A DNA stretch of 64,000 bases from Blastocladiella emersonii ATCC 22665 (lineage: Eukaryota; Fungi; Blastocladiomycota). How positions within the stretch are numbered: the stretch's first letter is position 1; every line of letters starts with the position of its first letter. Shown piece after piece: positions 58,010 through 64,000 of this stretch. The position numbers and the translations under genes were made by a program. Under the pieces are notes generated by a model that did no database searches, was not told where the DNA came from, and was given only the letters and a program-made list of their open reading frames with translations. The DNA is taken from assembly GCA_025594325.1 (NCBI GenBank), contig JANHCV010000002.1, forward strand, positions 2,418,001 to 2,482,000, read 5' to 3'.

Positions 58010-58680
58010 TACTTGGCCGGAACCTCCGCCTGTCCTCGCGCGAACAGCTTCATGACCTGGTTCACGTCCTTATCGCCGCAGCCCGAGACGCAGACAACGA
58101 GAGGCACACTCGAGCGCGAAGGCGATGCTTTCGAGCTTGGACATGCTGTTGACCTCCTCGAGGCACTGCTTGTCGTCGACCGCGACGTAGAGGCGCGACC
58201 CAAGTGTTCTTGAGGTGCGCTTACTCGCACCCGACGCACGGGTCGGCGAGCCCCGCCGACATGCTGTGGGTCTCGATGACCTGACCCTTGGCGCCCTGCT
58301 TCGTGCAGGTGCCGCGCAGCATGTTGGGCATGCCGCACGAGAGCGTGGCCGAGTGGCGGCCTGTCCCGACGCCGTCGCCGTCGCCGCCCGCCTCGAGGAC
58401 TATGAGCAGCACGTACGCGGCGGCGTTGGGTTCGTCGGCGACGAGGCCGAACAGGCCGATCGATCGAGTTGGACTCGCCGCCGGCGCTCGTCATGACCGC
58501 GTCCGGGTCCGCCTTGCCGCTGGTCGCGGCGCGGACCGCGTCGTCAAAACGGGCGAGCGCCGCGCGACCGATCATCAATTGGAACTCGCGGACCAGCGTT
58601 AGGACCAAGTCGCGCATGTCCTAGCTTACGGCGCTTTCGTTGATGGCGTTGAGCGTGTCGCGCAATTTTAGGAGGGCGCT
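58010..58680 (-). pseudogene. TRP5: Decayed fragment of the tryptophan synthase beta-domain C-terminal half
   Basis: Across shifting frames: LVREFQLMIG, DPDAVMTSAGGESNSIGLF, LEAGGDG..GTGRHSATL, GQVIETHSMSAGLADPCVGCE*AHLKNT, YVAVDDKQCLEE...SKLESIAFALE, VVCVSGCGDKDV. These match the TrpB motifs PDAVVACVGGGSNAIG, THSISAGLDYPGVGPE and SGRGDKD. Contains stops and frameshifts. Confidence 0.85.
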
Positions 58681-58869
58681 GCGATGGTCAGTAGCGACCC
58701 GCTCGTTTCGGTCGCCTCGAACCGCTCAAGCTTCGCGCGCGACAACGAGTGCAAAGTGATTCAACTCGACATGTATGACCGAGCCAGAGAACAACAGGTA
58801 GGAGGAACAACTGCAAATGTGGGGAGGGAAACATCAAAGAGTGTGAGGTGGTGTGGGGTATTCTTCTCC

Positions 58870-61800
58870 TTAGGCTGCCATGCGGCGGCGACGCCAGTAG
58901 AGGGCGCCGCCCGCGAGCGCGCCGACGCCGGCCACACCGCCAATGACGCCACCGGCGATCGCGCCCGTGCTGTCGGCCTTGGCGGCGGTGCCCGTCGCCG
59001 TCGGGGACGCGGTCGCGGTATCCGTGGCGGTACTGGACCGCGACGACGTGGACGACGAGGAGGTCGCCGTGGCCGTGGACCGGACCGCGAAGGTGCCGAA
59101 CGGCGGGCACGAGCACGTCACGCCCGTCGAGGTGACCGTGGTCGAGCACGAGTCGGCGACCCACGCGGACCCGTTGTACTCGACGCACTGGAGCCCGGTA
59201 CCCGTGAGCGGCTTGGTGTACGCGTACGGGACGCGGGCCGAGGCGCCGGCGCTGGTGCGGAGCGAGCCCGAGACGGACGCGCCGCGCTGGTCGTACGCGT
59301 CGACGGCGAGGACCGGCGACACGATCTTGTTGCTGGCGACGTTGGACCCGTACGCCTGCTTCCACTGCACCGCCACCGTGTCGTAGCACCCGGCGCGGAG
59401 GTTCTGCGGCAGCGTGAACGAGAAGTCGCCCGCGGTGCGCGCGCTGTCGCCCGACTTGGTGCCCGTGGTCGCGATCCGGCGCGCCGACGCCTTGAAGTTG
59501 CCCGTCTTGGAGTTGATCGTCTGCGCGGCGCCCGACGCCTTGCAGTTGTCGCCGGCAATCGTCGACTGCATGAGCTTGGTCACCGACGACCGCACCGACG
59601 CCTCGGTCACCACGGCGCGGCGGACGAGCGGCGACAGGGACACGTCACGGCGCGCGAGCAGCGACGTGGCCCCCGCGTTGGCCGACTTGACGAGCGCATC
59701 GAGCACGTCGCCCGTGCGGTCCGCAATCTTGCGGTCCGCTGACACGACCGCGTTGCCGCGGCCGACGTTGGCCGCCGAGATGATCGAGTCGACGAGCGAC
59801 GCCGCCTGCGACAGCATGTCGGGCGACGCCACGCCGTAGTCGACGCCCGAGAGCATCGACGACGACCGCGCCGCGAACCCGGCGTCGAGCCCGCGCCCGC
59901 TCGTGGCGATCTGGTTGAGCCAGTTCTGCGCCGCCGTCTGGTACGCGAGGATCTGGTTGCGCTGCGCGTCCGTGGCCGAGGCGGGGATCTGGTCGAGGTC
60001 GACCTGGTCGAGGAGCGACGAGATGAGCTGCATGGCCGTGTTGGGGCTGGACGCGATGATGGGCACAATCTTGTTCTTGAGCGCCTCGGCCTGCGCGAGA
60101 ATGTCCGAGGCCGACAGCGTGGGCACCGTGAGCGTGACCGTCTTCTTGATCGTGACCTCCGAGCCCGCCGCGTCCGTGAGGATCACGAACACGGACGTGG
60201 TGCCCGCGGGGAGCAGGACACCGTCCATGGACGTGGCCGTGTCGAGGTACGACAGGTACGTGTCGTCGTCGGTGCCGTCCGCGCTGCGCTGCGTGAACCC
60301 GAACGCGTACTGGTACGGCGTCTTGCCGCCCGTCCACCCGGTCGTTGCGAACCGGAACGGGTGGATGAACGCCTGGCCCGTGCCGTCGACCGCGTTGGTC
60401 TTCTGGTTCACCACCTTGAGGGCGCCGCCCGTGGGCGGCGTCGTGGTCTTGAACTGCACGTCCGAGAAGGTGGTGGCGGCGCCGAGCGTGATCGTGCACC
60501 GGAGCGTGATGTCGGCGCCGGCGGGGAGCACGTTCGAGTCGAAGAAGATGCCGTTATAGTCGGGGTCGTCGATCTTGATCTTGTCGGCCGTGGTCGCCGA
60601 GCGCGGCGACACGGACCACAGGTACGTGTCGGCGTACGTCTCCTCGCCCGTGGTGCCGTCGTACACCGTGGCCCACAGCTGCAGCGACTGCGCCGCCGAG
60701 AAGGCCGAGTCCGAGGGGTCGCGCTCGAGCTTGAGCTTGGGGATCACCGCGTTGACCGAGTCGACAAACACGTAGTCGCCCGTGATGCGCGACGGCGTGG
60801 CAATGTCCTGGATGAGCACGCCGAACATGCCCTGGGTGCCGCCGGGGAACAGCGCCGCGATGTTGAACGACTTGGTCAGCGTCGACTCGTCCGAGGTCCC
60901 GACGACGACACACCCAGTCAGGTCGGCGGCGCACTTGGCGAACGTGAACCGGTAGTTCTGCGCAATCTTGGTCGGCTCGTACACGTTGACCGTCATGGCG
61001 AGGTTCGGGCCGGCCGACACCTGCTGGTAGTTGCCGCCGTCGAACCCGGCCGAGAGCTCGGGCGGGTACACGTCGATCACGGCCGTGCCGACGCCCGTGG
61101 CGCCGTCGTACGTGACCTCGGTGCGCAGGTAGTAGCGGCCGTAGGGGAGGTATGTGGTCGGGAACGAGAGCAGCGGGTCCGTCGTCGAGCCCGTGTACTT
61201 GACCTTGTTGTCGGTCCACGCGATCTGCTGGCGGTTCGCGTCGAGCAGCTTCCACGCGTACGTGAGCGTGGCCTTGGTCAGGTCGACCGCCGCGCACTCG
61301 GGGAACTGCACGTCGACCTGCGCGTCGATGCCGTCCACGGGGAAAATGTCGTTGCGCGGGTTGGCCGGCGACACGATGGGCACGACGCCCGCGGCGCGCG
61401 ACGTGGTCCACGTCATGGACGCCGCGTACTGGCGCTGGTACGTCTCGACGCCCTCGACCGCCGTGATGCGCACCACGAACGGCGCCTCCGTCTTGATCCA
61501 CGTCCCGGGCACCGTGAACACCGTGTCGAACAGCGGGTCCGCGGGCACGCCGGCCGCAAACTGGGCCGCGACCTCCGAGTCGGTGCCGAGGTACTCGAAG
61601 AAGAACGACACGTTGTCGCCCGTCGTCGCCGACAGGTCGAACGTCACGTCGTTGGTGTCGCAGTTGGAGATGGACTCGGGGCCCGACACGGCAATGCCGG
61701 GCGCCGTGGGCGTGGGCACGGCCTCGGGGTCGGGCGTCGGGATCACAAAGGGCTGGCCGCTCGTGAACGACATGACCGTCGACGTGGACGTGGTGGCCGT

Positions 61801-64000
61801 GGTGGTCGTGGCCGGGGCCACGGTGGTGGTGGTGGTGGTGGCCGTCGAGGCCGACGACGACGACGACGACGAGGAGGAGGAGGAGGAGGAGCTGCTGCTA
61901 CTCTGCGTCGTGGTATCCGCCTGCTGCGTCGTGGTCGTGGTGGCCGTCTGGGCGGTGGCAATCACGGCCTCGTCGTTGGCGTCAGCGACGGCGGGCTCGG
62001 GCGCGGCAAAGTCGACAGCCCCAACACCCGCCTCGTCGACGGCGCGGCGGTAGAGGACCTGCATGACGGCCGACTGCTCGGCGCGCGGGAGCGCGTCCCA
62101 GCGGTTCGCGACCTGGTCGAGGGCGAGGTTGCGGACGGCCTCGTCGACGTCGGCAATCGAGCCAGCGACGGGCGCCGCGATCATGGCGAGGGGCTCGGGG
62201 ATCGTGGTGATGCGGAGGCCGGCGAGCTTGGCGGCAACGAGCGCGGCGAACGCGTCGTCCGTGTTGTGGATCTTCTTGAGCGCCGACTTGCGGATCGCCA
62301 CCACACCGCCAAACTGCGACGCGCCGTCGGCCGCCATGAGCGGGAGCGCGACCGAGTCGACGGGCTGGAGCTTGCGGCGGTGGGCGCCGTCAGCGACCTC
62401 GACGGCGGCAGCGGCGATCACCTCGGCGTCGGGGTTGATGGCGGCCGCGCGGGCGAGGAGCTTGGGCATGAACTTCTTGGGGCGGGTCGTCGACGGGATC
62501 GTCATGACAAAGTCACCCGTGACGAGCTCCGCCGCCTCGCGCGCGAGCTTGCCGCGGACGGCCTTGGCGTCGGCGCCCTTGGTGAACGGCACCGTGACGA
62601 CGCCCCAGCCGCGGTTGGCCCAGCGCGCGTCGATGGCGCGGAGCGTCTCGGTGGCGACATCGTTGATGGCCTTGTTCTCGGCGAGCGCCGCGACAATGAG
62701 CACCTCGAGCTCGCGGCCCGTGGCGGGCTCGGCCTCGACGGCCTCGACGAGGGGCATGAGGTCCTCGACCGAGTGGCGGGCGAGGTCGTGCACGATGACG
62801 AGCGAGAGCTTGGCGTCGTGCACGGCGCGGCCGCACGTGGGCTGGAACTTGTCAATGTCGGCGACGAACCCAGCGTTGTCGGCGTGGCGCTTGGCGAGGG
62901 CCGAGGCGAGGCGGACGGGCGCGCGGGCGCCCTGGCGGGTGGCCGCCATGAGGGCGAACGAGAGCTCGTACTGGTCCTTGGCGTCGAACGTCACGAGGTC
63001 GTCGTCGTGCGCGTCCTCGATGTTGAGGTGCGCCGCGGCCGCCGACTCGGACGACATAATGAGCGGGGTGCCGGACATGGCGATCTCGTTGACGAGCGCC
63101 GCCGACGTGTCGGGGGACGCGACCACGGCAACACGACCAGTGTCGGGCATGGTGAGGTAGCTGACGACCTGCTTGGCGTTGAGGGGCGATGCGCGCACGT
63201 CGAGGGCAAAGTGGGTCCACTTGGCGCCGCGCTGGGCGAGGTAGTCCATGGTCGACGACGCGGCCTCGTCGCCGTCCTTGGCCGACGCGACGGGGCCCAT
63301 GAACGTGATGCGGAGCTTCTCGGAGACGGGCTTCTTGTTGAGCACGTCCTCGACCGTCATCTGGTGCAGGTTGTCGAGCGCGTCGCAGAAGGCGGCGAGG
63401 CGGTTCCCGGCGGCGAGGTCGCCGACGTACACGAGCTCCTGGGGCAGGCGCGCGATACGCTCGCCGTCCTCGGACGCGCGCGAGAACGGGTGGCGCAGGG
63501 TGCGGTGGATGCCGGACACGACCACGGGGATGGTGCGAGCCTTGGCCGAGGGCTTGATGCGCTTGGCCTCGGCGCGGCGCAGGTGGTCGGCCGAGAAGAC
63601 GAGCTCGTCGGCGAGCCCGAGCGTGGCGCGGCGGAGGTAGTCCTGGGCGAGCGCCGTGTCGGGCTTGACGTTGGCGGCCGCCTTCTTGTTGGGGGTGTCG
63701 AGGGGCGACGCCGACGAGACGCCGACCACGACGCGCGCCTTGTCGCAGCGCGTGCCGAGGTGCTTGTTGGCTAGGTAGTTGTACCCGGCGTTCGAGTTGG
63801 CGTCAAAGTAGACCACGTCAAAGTCGGCGTCGGCGAGGTGCTCGGCGGTCGCGCGGCTCGCGTCGAGGAGCGCGCCGGCGGCCGTGGCCGAGTGCCGCGC
63901 GGGCGGCGCCGAGACGCGCACGTTGGGCGCGCCCTTGAGCAGGTCCGCGGCGCGCGCCGACGACGAGTACACGGTCACGTCGGCGCCCTGGTACGCCACC
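58870..64000 (-). CDS. Paralog of the giant GT-like/REJ-GAIN membrane protein with a single REJ-GAIN module; 5'-truncated by the window edge
   Basis: Open frame of over 1700 aa, collinear with 26038-34394: YQGADVTVY, DFDVVYFDANSNAGYNYLA, FCDALD, T/S stalk, REJ-like region, GPS CVEYNGSAWVADSC...CSCPPFGTFAV and TM GAIAGGVIGGVAGVGALAGGALYWRRRR. Confidence 0.85.
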   Translation of the reverse strand, partial: VAYQGADVTVYSSSARAADLLKGAPNVRVSAPPARHSATAAGALLDASRATAEHLADADFDVVYFDANSNAGYNYLANKHLGTRCDKARVVVGVSSASPLDTPNKKAAANVKPDTALAQDYLRRATLGLADELVFSADHLRRAEAKRIKPSAKARTIPVVVSGIHRTLRHPFSRASEDGERIARLPQELVYVGDLAAGNRLAAFCDALDNLHQMTVEDVLNKKPVSEKLRITFMGPVASAKDGDEAASSTMDYLAQRGAKWTHFALDVRASPLNAKQVVSYLTMPDTGRVAVVASPDTSAALVNEIAMSGTPLIMSSESAAAAHLNIEDAHDDDLVTFDAKDQYELSFALMAATRQGARAPVRLASALAKRHADNAGFVADIDKFQPTCGRAVHDAKLSLVIVHDLARHSVEDLMPLVEAVEAEPATGRELEVLIVAALAENKAINDVATETLRAIDARWANRGWGVVTVPFTKGADAKAVRGKLAREAAELVTGDFVMTIPSTTRPKKFMPKLLARAAAINPDAEVIAAAAVEVADGAHRRKLQPVDSVALPLMAADGASQFGGVVAIRKSALKKIHNTDDAFAALVAAKLAGLRITTIPEPLAMIAAPVAGSIADVDEAVRNLALDQVANRWDALPRAEQSAVMQVLYRRAVDEAGVGAVDFAAPEPAVADANDEAVIATAQTATTTTTQQADTTTQSSSSSSSSSSSSSSSSSASTATTTTTTVAPATTTTATTSTSTVMSFTSGQPFVIPTPDPEAVPTPTAPGIAVSGPESISNCDTNDVTFDLSATTGDNVSFFFEYLGTDSEVAAQFAAGVPADPLFDTVFTVPGTWIKTEAPFVVRITAVEGVETYQRQYAASMTWTTSRAAGVVPIVSPANPRNDIFPVDGIDAQVDVQFPECAAVDLTKATLTYAWKLLDANRQQIAWTDNKVKYTGSTTDPLLSFPTTYLPYGRYYLRTEVTYDGATGVGTAVIDVYPPELSAGFDGGNYQQVSAGPNLAMTVNVYEPTKIAQNYRFTFAKCAADLTGCVVVGTSDESTLTKSFNIAALFPGGTQGMFGVLIQDIATPSRITGDYVFVDSVNAVIPKLKLERDPSDSAFSAAQSLQLWATVYDGTTGEETYADTYLWSVSPRSATTADKIKIDDPDYNGIFFDSNVLPAGADITLRCTITLGAATTFSDVQFKTTTPPTGGALKVVNQKTNAVDGTGQAFIHPFRFATTGWTGGKTPYQYAFGFTQRSADGTDDDTYLSYLDTATSMDGVLLPAGTTSVFVILTDAAGSEVTIKKTVTLTVPTLSASDILAQAEALKNKIVPIIASSPNTAMQLISSLLDQVDLDQIPASATDAQRNQILAYQTAAQNWLNQIATSGRGLDAGFAARSSSMLSGVDYGVASPDMLSQAASLVDSIISAANVGRGNAVVSADRKIADRTGDVLDALVKSANAGATSLLARRDVSLSPLVRRAVVTEASVRSSVTKLMQSTIAGDNCKASGAAQTINSKTGNFKASARRIATTGTKSGDSARTAGDFSFTLPQNLRAGCYDTVAVQWKQAYGSNVASNKIVSPVLAVDAYDQRGASVSGSLRTSAGASARVPYAYTKPLTGTGLQCVEYNGSAWVADSCSTTVTSTGVTCSCPPFGTFAVRSTATATSSSSTSSRSSTATDTATASPTATGTAAKADSTGAIAGGVIGGVAGVGALAGGALYWRRRRMAA

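Noticed and set aside
57967-58617. 216-aa ORF as an intact gene
   Set aside because: It stitches together two in-frame pieces of the TRP5 relic through an out-of-frame middle section.
1-64000. rRNA, tRNA or prokaryotic operon and defence-system features
   Set aside because: None were recognised; the sequence is spliced eukaryotic DNA.

Overview
This is a high-GC eukaryotic window, not prokaryotic. Genes carry short GT-AG introns (mostly about 60-190 nt) with GTACG/GTGAG donors and CTRAC branch points. The content (SEC13, VMA5, WRS1, SSK1-like regulator, CBM18 and DUF4360 proteins, a class A-like GPCR) points to an early-diverging, probably zoosporic fungus; the taxon is inferred. Two signals stand out. 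(1) Bases 1-2700 look like the end of an endogenous DNA-virus or Polinton-like element. It has an intronless, compositionally foreign TVpol (PolA-like) plus SF3/D5 helicase fusion and a hairpin-rich terminal tract, and it appears inserted into a host Kelch gene. (2) Two paralogous giant membrane proteins (26038-34989 and 58870 to beyond 64000) fuse degenerate GT-B and GT-A glycosyltransferase folds to polycystin/adhesion-GPCR-like REJ-GAIN(GPS) modules. They may be an undescribed fungal glycan-sensing or adhesion receptor family. Other notable items: a metacaspase with its catalytic Cys replaced by Ser and a DxDGDG tail, a subtilase with one TAG at a conserved Trp, a decayed tryptophan synthase fragment next to TrpRS, an intronless PnuC, a motif-dead SNF2/RING protein, a Gly/Tyr/Ser/Asp repeat protein and several gene relics. 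All family calls come from motifs recognised by eye; no database searches were run.
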